Source of the DNA: Octopus sinensis
Lineage: Eukaryota
Direction: 5' to 3'
NCBI RefSeq assembly: GCF_006345805.1
Contig: NW_021823622.1
Location: 1 to 20,329, forward strand
DNA: 20,329 bases
The translations under genes were made by a program, and so were the position numbers. The notes beneath the pieces were generated by a model. The model saw nothing but the letters and a program-made list of their open reading frames with translations, was not told the origin of the DNA and made no database searches. Shown here piece after piece: positions 9,582 to 20,292 of the stretch (its first letter is position 1; each line of letters opens with the position of its first letter).

Positions 9582-9740
9582 CTTTTCTACTATAGGTGCG
9601 AGGCTTGAAATTTTGGGGGAGAGGGCGGATTGATTACATCGACTCTAGTGTGTGATTCGTATTTATTTTATCGAATCCGGAGGGATGAAAGGCAAAGTGG
9701 ATCTCAAAGGAATTTGATCTTGGAACGTAAAAATGGAACC
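9581..9740 (-). mobile_element. SINE family A, 5'-truncated, alternative 3' tail
   Basis: tttctactataggtgcgaggcttgaaattttggggg...gattacatcgac...ggatgaaaggcaaagt...ggaatttgatct. Confidence 0.9.
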
Positions 9741-9816
9741 CAAAAGAAATATTTCCTTATCAAGAAAGACAAAGCAAATAAAAAAAATATAGTCATAGAA
9801 ACCAGCCTATCATACG

Positions 9817-10040
9817 CTGTATGGAAAATACTCGATTAGATCCAGGGATTCTAATGTAGACGAAACCCTTACTCTTCGATGGCTGGCATGCTCTGCTCTC
9901 AAACCGAAAACAGAGAAAAACATTATTGCTGCTCAAGATCAATGACTTTCAACGAATGTGATGCTCTGAAATATGAAAGCAACCCATTGTGTCGCCAATG
10001 CGGAGAACAGCTAGAAACAATCAATCACAAAATCTCTACA
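9817..10040 (+). pseudogene. Restriction-like-endonuclease non-LTR retrotransposon (R4/Dong-like) fragment: post-RT region and CCHC zinc knuckle
   Basis: Frame from 9817 reads LYGKYSIRSRDSNVDETLTLRWLACSALKPKTEKNIIAAQDQ*LSTN, then after a frameshift LKYESNPLCRQCGEQLETINHKIS. This matches LHG..Y...WL...L...E..IIAAQDQ.L.T and CR.C....ETI.HI.SGC. Confidence 0.85.
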
Positions 10041-11619
10041 TTATCTAAATTATCTTCGTTTTTCTTTTTCCTTTGTTTTGTTTCCTCTTTTTCTTTAAAA
10101 TATTGGGTTATAATTTGCGAGAAAAGTTGATTGGTATTTCTAGCCGATAGACTGACTGGATATAGAAGCTCTGGTTATCTCAGGGTTAAAATGAGTTGTG
10201 TGTGTCAGAACGTATATCTAGTTGAGCTATCGAGACAAACAAGTAATACTTGGCGTTAGACATTATCAACGGACATTGTAAATCTCTACTGGTCACGCTA
10301 CACCTCACCACTACTTTGCATAACAAATTGCAAAGTTGAGGCGTAAATTGCTGGGTAACCGTATGATATTGCTGGATTTAGAATTTGAATAATTGTGTTA
10401 CGTTATATATTGATTGGGTGACATTATACAGATTGGGTGGGAAAGCGATTAATTGTTGGCTGACGTTTATACACTGCACAGACATGTTGAACAGTTCTTC
10501 GTTTAGATGCTAAATTACTGAGTTAGATTGCTAACTGCTAACATTGAGATGCTATATTGCTAGGTTAAGTAATAGATTTTCAGGTCACATGATAAATTTC
10601 TTAATTAGATTATAAATTATCGAGCGCGACAGAAAACGATGATAATTAAGCACAAGTGATATGAATTAATTATCATCCCGGAAAACTAAACCATTTTTGC
10701 AATATCCATTTGTTGAACTAATACTTTGCAGTTATATACACCATTTCTTAAGTATTTAAACGTCCAGCGAAATATTACTTAAGGCTAAGAGAAATATGTA
10801 CAGCTAGCTTGCTCCACACCGAAACGCTTCGTATATTGCTGGATGCTTTAAAGAAAACTGCTTGATTCCAGCTGCATAAGATAAGGAGATTTATCGTGGA
10901 TAAGATCTTAGTTCAGAAAACGTAAAGACAAGAGTTGACGGTCATTAGATTTGAAGTTAAAAAAAGTAAAGAAGCTGAGAGTAGTAAATTTAAAGTAAAT
11001 TCTGTAACATATTTGGTATAAAATTCCACCAATCTAACACATAGAACTAAATACAATGCCTTGGAAAAATAAAAGCGCTACAAATTTTATTGCATTTAAA
11101 ACGTGCTACAAACTCTACAGACCCACTTCACGTTTTCCCAATTTCTAGAAAAATGACATTACTTTGTTTTGTTGCCTTGTTGTTGTTTTTTTTATAAATT
11201 TCTGCTTTTCTCCTTCAAATTAAATTATGTAAACTGTAAGTGATAAAACGACATTAAATTGCATAAAAGTAAGTAATATAAATGCCACTTGTCGAAGCAA
11301 CTTTAATGTCACAATGTTCTCTGTAAGGCTTGAGTATCGTTGAAACGAAATGTAAGAATGGTCGCCTATTATGAATTTAGGCGACGAGTTAAAGAATAAA
11401 AAAACTGTATTCGCTGATACAAGCTAGCTTACTGTATATATCAAATGAAGTTAATTGCTTCCATTCATGATTCATCCGTTCATAGAAGGTGTCTTAGCTC
11501 CTGCAACCCTTACCTGGCTTTCGTTTCGGTAACTTGCCTAATAATTAATATCGAGATTAGATTTTTAAGTAACGAGATTAAGTATGTACGCTTGGTGTCT
11601 GTGTGGCATAGCATGCAGA

Positions 11620-11730
11620 TGAGTAGGTGTGTATGCGTAAGTAGGTGTGTAAGTACTTGTGTGTGTGTGTGTGTGTGTATGTACGCATGTGTGTATATGC
11701 TTCTACGTGTATGTACGCGGGTGTGTAAGG
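11620..11730. repeat. Degenerate (GT)n tract
   Basis: Read directly from the sequence. Confidence 0.8.
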
Positions 11731-12779
11731 GGTAAGTAATACTGTGTGATTTCATACATGTATATGTTTCAAAGTGTGCATACGAGGAGGGGTGGCTGTA
11801 AGACATGAGAGAGTGCGTGTGTTGGCTGTGTGTGTTTATTAGACAAGAAGACATTGGTATTCATGAATCCGTCAGTATTTTTAGGAAGTGAGTATTGACG
11901 TGTGTGTGTGTGTATGTGTATGTGCGTAGATTGTTGGGCTTTCAAGCATGTATGATTGAAGGAGGGTCATAAGCGGGTGTATCTGTGTTCAGAGTGTTTG
12001 TGAGTGTGCGTGTGGAGGAGAGATAGACAGACAGAAATGAGAACATGCGCATTCGCGAACATGTGTGTCATCAGGATGACTACGTGCGTAGAAGAGAATG
12101 TGTGATGACGTGAATGGTACTTCAGCAAAATCACACACACACACACCAATTCACATATAAGCATTAGAGATAAAGACAGAACATATACGGACAAACACAT
12201 CTCGGTAGATATGTACATGCAGATAGATACTGGATCGCAATTATAAATTAAAATTCATATCTCTTTATGTTAGTACATATTGGTAACATAATCAAATATT
12301 TAAAAAGTAAAGTTGACAAGTTCAGGCCCCCACACGAAGATCAGTACAGAAGCGATGATAGGAAGAGACTGCATTTTATGTTTTAGTTGCAGCTTTTCAT
12401 GTATGTTAAACTTTCCAACTATTAATACTTTAGCTAAAATTAGCACGATAACTTAGAGACACAAGAGTTTACTCTTTTATGTCTACGGTTTCGATGGTGG
12501 CTTATTCTCAAAAACTGGAAGACGGAACTGTAAGTGCGTTTCAGGTGTTCCATATTCCAAGATGCGTGAAAAAGGTATTGCAACCGAGAGATATAGACCG
12601 ACTCAATCCGAAACAGGTGACAAGGAACCAAGTTCTTCGGTCTCGATTCTGGCACACTCGTGGAACTAGAAAAAAGACATTGCATGTGACAGCTATGAAT
12701 TGTTTCAAAAAGAGAGATGTAAAAACAAAAAAAAGTATATGAGATAGTTAGTATTAATACCGAGAGATATTAACACCGC

Positions 12780-13021
12780 CTCTACTTAAACGTGGGAAAT
12801 GCGGTAGATAGCATATGGGCTTTTGGTGCAAAATGCACGCTTGTTTATAACGCTGGCGGGGAGATCACGTGGTCTCGGCGCTGGAGATGGCGGGAATTTA
12901 TCTCGCCGCTAGTGATATAAACATGCGTGCATTTTGCACCAAAAAACCAATATCAGAGTTTCTCTCATTGTATCTACTGCAGTCAGGTTTGTTCCCGTAG
13001 AACATCCACGTTTAAGCGGGG
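12780..13021. mobile_element. Foldback / MITE-like element with nested inverted repeats
   Basis: Inner 45-bp arms 12821-12865 / 12900-12944 (5 mismatches, first 20 bp perfect). Outer cttaaacgtgg / ccacgtttaag (12785-12795 / 13006-13016). Middle tgcggtagata / tatctactgca. Confidence 0.8.
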
Positions 13022-13119
13022 ATAAAAAATCTTTGGGAAAGAAAGATTGTTAGCTTCTGCTAGCGACACATCGTACACAATCGACTGATAAATATATATA
13101 TATATGCGCATCTTTCATA

Positions 13120-13503
13120 CTTTTGTCTTTTTACTTGTTTCAGTCTCATTAGAGTGCGGCCATGCTGGGGCATCGCGTTCAGTCCCACTGCGGGAAAACT
13201 TGGGCAAGTGTCTTCTACTATAGCCTAAGGTCAACCAAAGCCTTATTTTTGGATTTAGTTGACGGAAACTGAAAGATGCTTGTCTTGTGTGTGTATATAT
13301 GTATGTATGTATATATATATATGTGTGTGTGTGTGTGTGCGTGCATCTGTGTGTGTTTATAAATGTATGTCTTTGTCTCTGTGTTTGTTCACCCCAATCA
13401 CCGCTTAACAGCTGGTGTTGACGTGTTTATGTCCCTATAACTCAGCGGTTCAGCAAAAGACCCCGATATAAGTATCAGGTTTTAAAGACATACATTCATA
13501 AAC

Positions 13504-13534
<31 letters not shown>

Positions 13535-13548
13535 CATACATACATACA

Positions 13549-13582
<34 letters not shown>

Positions 13583-13738
13583 CACACACAAGACAAGCTT
13601 CTTTCAGTTTCCGTCAATTAAATCCATAAATAAGGCTTTGGTTGGCTTTAGGCTATAGTAGAAGACATTTGCCCAAGTTGTTCCGCAGTTGGACTGAGCC
13701 TGGGTCCATGTGGTTGGACAGTAAACTTCTTACCACAC
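13120..13738 (-). mobile_element. SINE family B copy rearranged by an internal inverted duplication
   Basis: Tail (13120-13177) and head (13580-13738) lie on the minus strand, while 13179-13483 is in plus orientation. Arms 13179-13374 / 13484-13697 are reverse complements. Confidence 0.9.
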
Positions 13739-13740
13739 CT

Positions 13741-13758
13741 GTGTGTGTGTGTGTGTGT

Positions 13759-13802
<44 letters not shown>

Positions 13803-13833
13803 TGTGTGTGCGTGTGTGCGTGCGTGTGCGTGT
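13741..13833. repeat. (GT)n microsatellite
   Basis: Read directly from the sequence. Confidence 0.95.
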
Positions 13834-13924
13834 ATTTCTTTATCTTGAGTTCTTGACCTCTAGATAAAGGTTTCATGATGTGCAAGAGACAGAAAATAGG
13901 AACATTCCTTTGGAAAAGACGCCG

Positions 13925-14130
13925 ATCTGTTGTAGGGTCCAAGACCGAAATCTTTTGAAGGGAGAACAGAAATCGATGATATCGATCCTAATACTTGGCT
14001 GGTAGATATCTCAGCGACCCTGAATGTATTAAAGGCAAAGTTGATCTCGGCAGTATTTGAACTCAAAACGTAGAGCCAGAATCTCTGAGTATTTTATCCG
14101 ATGCTAACTATTATGCAAAGTTGTCACCTA
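13925..14130 (-). mobile_element. SINE family A, old diverged copy
   Basis: atcgatgatatcgatcc...aaaggcaaagttgatctcggcagtatttgaactcaaaacgta...atgctaac. Confidence 0.8.
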
Positions 14131-15039
14131 ACGCATTTATGTATTTATTTACGTATTACGAACCTATGTATGTTTATAAATGTGTGTGTATGCGTTGTGA
14201 AAGGAAGGTGTCAGGTGTCTCAACGAGATAGATAAGTTAATGTGAAGTGAAGTCCTTCAACATGTTGAATGATTTCATTTTAGACCATCTAACCAATGCA
14301 AATATGAAGGAAACAATGGATGAAACACAAGAAGTAAAAAAAATGAATAAAGTTAGTAGACATACGAAAAGGAACTTAAAAATTCGGATCTTTTGCTTAC
14401 TGCACGTGCGTCTTTAAGGAATTTTCCTTGAATAACAATTCTCTATATGAGAATAGTAATTTCCTTGAACTATTGCAATATCTAAAAGACATGTTTATTT
14501 TTTTTTAGAAATTGAGCAATTATGAGAAATTATGCAAAATATTGTGATTTCAATAAATAAAAACAAAATGAAGATATTGTATTATGTAGGTTCTTTAATT
14601 CTTCTCTAATATTTCGGGTAAGATTCCCTTTATCAAATACAAGAAAGAAAATTATGAAAGATTTTAGAACGGGGTTTTCATAATTTGCCTAACTTTTCAC
14701 CTTAAATGCTTTTGAAAGGTATGTGTGTGTGTGTGTTTGCGTAGCTATACAGATATATATATATATATATATGGTAGATTATGTGGTTATGTATATATAT
14801 AATATAAAGTTGTGTGTTTGTGTCTGTACAGATAAGTAATACGCATTTTCCTCATTGAACGCATATCAACTCACCAGAAAACGAAATACTTCTCACTGGA
14901 AGACCTCAATTAATTATTTGAAATCAATTAAAAATAAATTAGAACAATCACAACAATGTCTGTTTGAAGGAAATAAAATGGAATGAAAGCATCTTGAATA
15001 TATCATAGATAGAAAATAAATACACGTACACGTACACAC

Positions 15040-15241
15040 ATGCATATATATATATGATATATATATATATATATATTATATAGAGAGAGAGAGAGAGAGG
15101 GAGAGAGAGAGAGAGAAACAGAGAGGCAACTAGGTATGTATTTATCGACAAACGCACATATATATACACACAAACACACACAAAAATACTATATATACAC
15201 ATATACATACATTATATATATATATATATATACATACATAC

Positions 15242-15283
<42 letters not shown>

Positions 15284-15345
15284 ATATATATGGAGTGTAT
15301 CACCGATTTACATTTCGGTTATGGAGAGAGAGAGAGAGAGAGAGG
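15040..15345. repeat. Compound (TA)n/(GA)n/(CA)n microsatellites
   Basis: Read directly from the sequence. Confidence 0.9.
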
Positions 15346-15719
15346 CACGGGGTAAATCTATGTGTGAATCCCACTTGTTTGTGGTCATTACACTGAGGAG
15401 AAAAACCTGAGCCTATTAATGCAGTAATCCAACCAAAACATCCATAAAATACAAACACAACAGACAGATGTTCTGAGTTAGCGAACAAAAGGTATTTATA
15501 ACGGCAGAAACTATCTATTTTGCTGATTTAAAATATAACATCAAAAAAGTGGACGTAGATAGATGGCGAATATGGACAATCAATGTATGCTTTACAGCTC
15601 TTTAACCCACATAGCTATACCTATAATCATTGCTGAAGCAGTTGCTTTTCCTAATGACATGTCTACATGTTTGAAAAGTTCAGGTTCTTCGTTTTTTTGT
15701 TGTTCTTTTTCTTTTTGTA

Positions 15720-15819
15720 TATTATATATGGGCATATATTATATATAATATATATATATATATAATATATATAATATATATATATATATATATGTATGTA
15801 ATAATATATGTATAATATA

Positions 15820-15880
<61 letters not shown>

Positions 15881-15911
15881 TATTATGTATGTATATATAA
15901 TATATATATAC

Positions 15912-15942
<31 letters not shown>

Positions 15943-15990
15943 AGTATATATATATATATATATATATACATACATATATATATATATATG
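15720..15990. repeat. Long (TA)n tract
   Basis: Read directly from the sequence. Confidence 0.95.
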
Positions 15991-16004
15991 TTTGTTTCGT
16001 TTAT

Positions 16005-16150
16005 ATTATTGTTGTTGGTAACGACATTGGTGGTAGCGACATCGGTGGCGGCGGTGGTGGTGGTGGTGGTGGTGGTGGCGGTGGTGGTGGTGGTTGTGGT
16101 TGTGGTGGTGGTGGTGTCGTCGGTGGTGTATGTGGTGGGATGGTGTTGGT
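16005..16150. repeat. (GGT)n trinucleotide tract
   Basis: Read directly from the sequence. Source of the poly-G/poly-V/poly-P ORFs. Confidence 0.95.
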
Positions 16151-16284
16151 CGTGATAAGAAGAACTAAAGATGATTTACAAAAATTTGGTATAATAGTAG
16201 AATTGTGAAAAATCTGTGAAACCATTCATGAATTTCAGCACATCTGATCAAAAGAATTTCTTGTGAGCTCAAACGTTTCTTTTA

Positions 16285-16480
16285 TATATACATAGATGTG
16301 TGTGTATGTGTGTGTTTGTGTGTGCTTATTATATATGTTATATGTATGTATATCTGTATAGTACATCTATATCTATTTATCTATCAATATCTATCAATAT
16401 ATATATATATATATAAAACACACACACGTACACACACACACACACACTCACACACACACACAGAATTCTATATATATGTT
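16285..16480. repeat. Compound (GT)/(TA)/(CA) microsatellites
   Basis: Read directly from the sequence. Confidence 0.85.
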
Positions 16481-17258
16481 TTTTTAGACCGTAAAGAAGT
16501 TACAGAAGTGGTGCTTATCGCCTGAAAATATCTTTGAATAACTCGTTATAATAATATTCGTATAGTTTTCACCATACATACAGGCATACGAATGGTACAT
16601 AAACGATTTATCCAACCACTTGGCAATACATGCATATATATCATATGCTAATGTACATACATTTATGTATTCACCCGTACACAATGTGATATGTGTGTAA
16701 GTGCATGTGTGTACGTGTATCTTTCTACTTAATTCATTCTCTCTCCTTTTCTCTTTATGTACACATATCCATACATAAACATAGACCATTAGTATAGAAT
16801 ATCCTTTTACGCTCTGCTGTCATTCTTTTCTCTATTTTTTTTTTTTTTCATTTTTTTTTTTTTTTTTTCAAGTTACACATCTTCACAATTATTTGTACTA
16901 AACTATAGTATTAAAATACACCATAATTCTGTTTTTAATATAAATAGTAAAAAATAATAACAATAACATGGAAAATAGTACTGAACACCATTTTCATTGC
17001 TTGAAGTGTGTGGAAATAAAAATATGTCTCTGGATAGAGCGTTAGTCTCTCGCAGTTAACTTTCTCGGATGAACTGCAGCTAATTTAGGTGAATGAAGAA
17101 TTTTAGGAATGAAGTTAAAATGTCCTTCTTCCAAACTACAATGGAAGAACCGGAAGAAAAATGAACCCATGAATAAATAAAGGGGCATTTCCTCATTTGG
17201 TCAACTTGTTTGCACGTTATTCTTAAGGGCATAGCTCAAAAATGCATCATTGCTTATG

Positions 17259-17261
<3 letters not shown>

Positions 17262-17307
<46 letters not shown>
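17262..17307. repeat. Pure (CT)n microsatellite
   Basis: Read directly from the sequence. Confidence 0.97.
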
Positions 17308-17310
<3 letters not shown>

Positions 17311-17612
17311 TATGGTGTACCTATTTAACCACTAGCCAGTTCCGAAGGGGGGTCACGAAAATTAACCTTCAGTTCTAGGATACTGAGATATAATTGGAGG
17401 GCCATTTGACTGCTATTTCTGACTGGCTGAATGAATGCATAATCTTCCTTATTACTTTGTTTATTGACATCTGTTTATCGTTGTTCCTGTTGGTGTTCTC
17501 ATCTAACCCAGGGCAGCCCTTGGCGAGGTCCTTGGTTAAAGATGCTCCTTCATTGTTTCAACACCCATTACTCCATCATTTATCACATCCCTTGTGTTAT
17601 ATACGTGCGCCC

Positions 17613-17615
17613 GTG

Positions 17616-17648
<33 letters not shown>

Positions 17649-17665
17649 GTGTATGTGTGAGTATG

Positions 17666-17703
<38 letters not shown>

Positions 17704-17745
17704 TGTGTGTGTGTGTGTGAGTGTGTGTGTTTGTGTGTGTGTGCA
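17613..17745. repeat. (GT)n microsatellite
   Basis: Read directly from the sequence. Confidence 0.95.
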
Positions 17746-17757
17746 TGTGAATTTACC

Positions 17758-17989
17758 CATTTCTTTATTACCCACAAGGGGCTAAACACAGAAGGGACAA
17801 ACAAGGACAGACATAGGTATTAAGTCGATTACATCGACCCCAGTGCGTAACTGGTACTTAATTTATCGACCCCGAAAGGATGTAAGGTAAAGTCGACCTC
17901 GGCGGAATTTGAACTCACAACGTAACAGCAGAAGAAATACCGCTAAGCATTTCGCCCGACGTGCTAACGTTTCTGCCAGCTCGCCGCCT
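17758..17989 (-). mobile_element. Full-length young tRNA-derived SINE (family A) with 12-bp target-site duplication
   Basis: Minus 5' end aggcggcgagctggcagaaacgttag (A-box-like), B box gagttcaaattcc, 3' end aataaagaaat. TSD tgtgaatttacc at 17746-17757 and 17990-18001. Confidence 0.95.
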
Positions 17990-18027
17990 TGTGAATTTAC
18001 CGCTGAACACTTTGTATCTGTGGTTAC

Positions 18028-18498
18028 GTCGTCATCATCATCATCACTTGGTGTCATTAGCTCTATTTGGGTTTGTTTTTTTCTCTGCCATTTTTACACG
18101 TTCACCACATATGAGAGTTTAGTCCAGTCCTTGATGTTCAAACCAGTTTATTCCAAGTCTTCTTCACAACTCTTTGCCATTTAGCTTTCCTTCTAGTCTT
18201 TGTACACTTCGTGTTCTTATTATATCACTAAAGTACTTTAGTTTCTTCTTTTTTTTAAGCAAAAAAAAAATGGCTGAGAGTAATGATCCTTTATATTTGC
18301 TAGTTGTAGCACCCCTTCATTAGTTTTTATGTGTTGTCCAAGATATTCTTAAAATTCTTCTATACAACCACATTTCAATACCTTACTTTGTTAGAGTTTT
18401 CATAAATATCTACGTTTTTACACCGTACAACAGCGTGGACCATATTCAACATTTACACAGCCTCTTCCCTGTATCTAGATGTATATTCCTCGATGTTT
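18028..18498 (-). pseudogene. RTE-clade LINE 3' end (RT C-terminal region plus (GAT)n tail)
   Basis: Minus translation: RNIHLDTGKRLCKC*IWSTLLYGVKT*...EMWLYRRILRISWTTHK/TNEGVL...KKKKLKYFSDIIR...LEGKLNGK...IKDWT. These match the RTE motifs LLYGxETW, FEMWxYRRxLRISW, LxYFGHIxR and LEGK. Ends in gatgatgatgatgac. Confidence 0.9.
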
Positions 18499-18882
18499 AA
18501 ATAGAGCGTAGAACAATCTCTTAACGACTGTAAAAGTTATTGAAACACTGGTTAGTTTCCTGGCGCTGCATACAACGCTCAATTATCCCTGATCGACTAA
18601 AACTATTATGATTATTTTTGTAATTGGACCGTTTGAGAATTAAACTCTTCGACCACGAATATAACGCAGTATCAATGACAGGAATGCAATGCCAACTCCT
18701 AGTCTTATTATCCAGAACAATACTGACTCTGTTATCGAAATTCTCTACATGATAGACGAGGCGAAATTAAGTGTCTTTATACAAATGAAATGACATTTAT
18801 TTATGCCACTCGGGCAATAATTGCAGGAAATTACTTTTCAGTTATCGCGATCACAGGACGAGAATTCAGATATATCTATGTT

Positions 18883-19028
18883 AATGTGTGATGAGCTCTC
18901 ATTGGGTTTTTGAACTTTAATCATCACAGAAGTATATCCTAATGTGTAACCAGCTCTTACTGAGCTTTTGACTTTTCCTGATCCGAGAATAATAAATATG
19001 TAGCAATGTGTGATGAGCTCTCATTGGG
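18883..19028. repeat. Three-copy spaced direct repeat (~60-nt period)
   Basis: aatgtgtgatgagctctcattggg is identical at 18883-18906 and 19005-19028. A degenerate copy, aatgtgtaaccagctcttactgag, lies at 18941-18964. Confidence 0.85.
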
Positions 19029-19959
19029 CTTTTTTTCCCTAAAAAAACTCGCTTGATACCTTTTCTCTTGGTGAGTTGATCTGAGACATTGTAGAATAAA
19101 TATTTCTCTCCATTAAAACAAAGTATATTACAGTTTGATCCAACTCAGGAGCTACGGGCAAATATTTGGCTGTCATATTCATTCAGCTATTGTTATATTA
19201 TGACTTTTAAGTCGTAGATACAGAATTAAAAATCAAATGAATTATTGCCAGTGACAGGAAACAAACCATTGATTTCTTGTTTCAGCCACTGGACATAGAA
19301 ATTGGCGAAAGAGCATTCTAGGCACCTAGAGACCCGAAACAAATACCAAAAAACTATCCGGTCCAACATTCTTGCAATTCTTACGATTCCGCAAATCTAC
19401 GAGTTCGAAATAATATATTTTGTTTTACTGACTAAAGGAAATTTTTATAGACTAAGAGTACGGATAATATCTGTTAACAGAAATAATTTTTTTACAGTAC
19501 ATATTTCAGACGCTAATGTATTTATGCACGGCTGACTTTAGTTTCATTTGAACGTGGATCATTAAATTTATATATAACCTCTCACGACAGCTGTTCCGTT
19601 GTCACAAAAGATTTAAGTAATATCACAAAGTATCAGATGTAGTTATGAAAGTTATGCACACTTGCATCAATACACGCTCTGCACACATTCATACAATACT
19701 ACACACACACACACACACACACACACATATTACCTGTACATACTTCTGCAAAAATAAATATTTTCGTATTTACATAATATGCACTCATGTTGACGTATTA
19801 ATGTTATTTCCCAAATATACATGTCTGTGTGTGTGTGGAGGGAGTATATGTGTGTACACATAGATGCACTTACATAGATATATTCATACCGTACAGTATC
19901 TAGATATGGAGATATATGTGTGTGTCTCTCTACGTGCGTATAGATATATAACTATGAGA

Positions 19960-20189
19960 CATATATATATATATTATATATATATATATATATAATATAT
20001 TATATATTTATATATGCACACAAACATATATTATACATATACATTATATATATACCTATATATGTATAATGTATGTATAATATATATATATATCTATATA
20101 TGTTATACGTATATTATACGTATATATATGTACATATATATGTATAATATATGCATAATATATAGAGATATATATATCTATGTATAATA

Positions 20190-20225
<36 letters not shown>

Positions 20226-20244
20226 TGTATAATATATATACTAT

Positions 20245-20292
<48 letters not shown>

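Noticed and set aside
10150-11440. Repeat-poor AT-rich stretch with clustered TAATTA motifs (~10600-10675)
   Set aside because: Such motifs are expected at this AT content. No ORF or structure supports a call without conservation data.
12440-12742. Overlapping 81-aa and 87-aa ORFs in unique sequence
   Set aside because: No recognisable domain and no convincing splice signals. The lengths are compatible with chance.
15885-16225. Poly-Gly / poly-Pro / poly-Val ORFs
   Set aside because: They are products of the (GGT)n tract next to (TA)n, with no coding context.
17504-17538. Small hairpin taacccagggc...gtccttggtta
   Set aside because: An 11-bp imperfect stem with no Helitron CTRR end or other context is expected by chance in 20 kb.
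17900-17989. tRNA gene at the SINE head
   Set aside because: The A and B boxes are too far apart, no cloverleaf forms, and the sequence continues into a SINE body bounded by a TSD.
18883-19028. CRISPR array interpretation of the spaced 24-nt repeats
   Set aside because: Eukaryotic repeat context, no cas genes, only three copies with the middle one degenerate, and the spacers share partial similarity.
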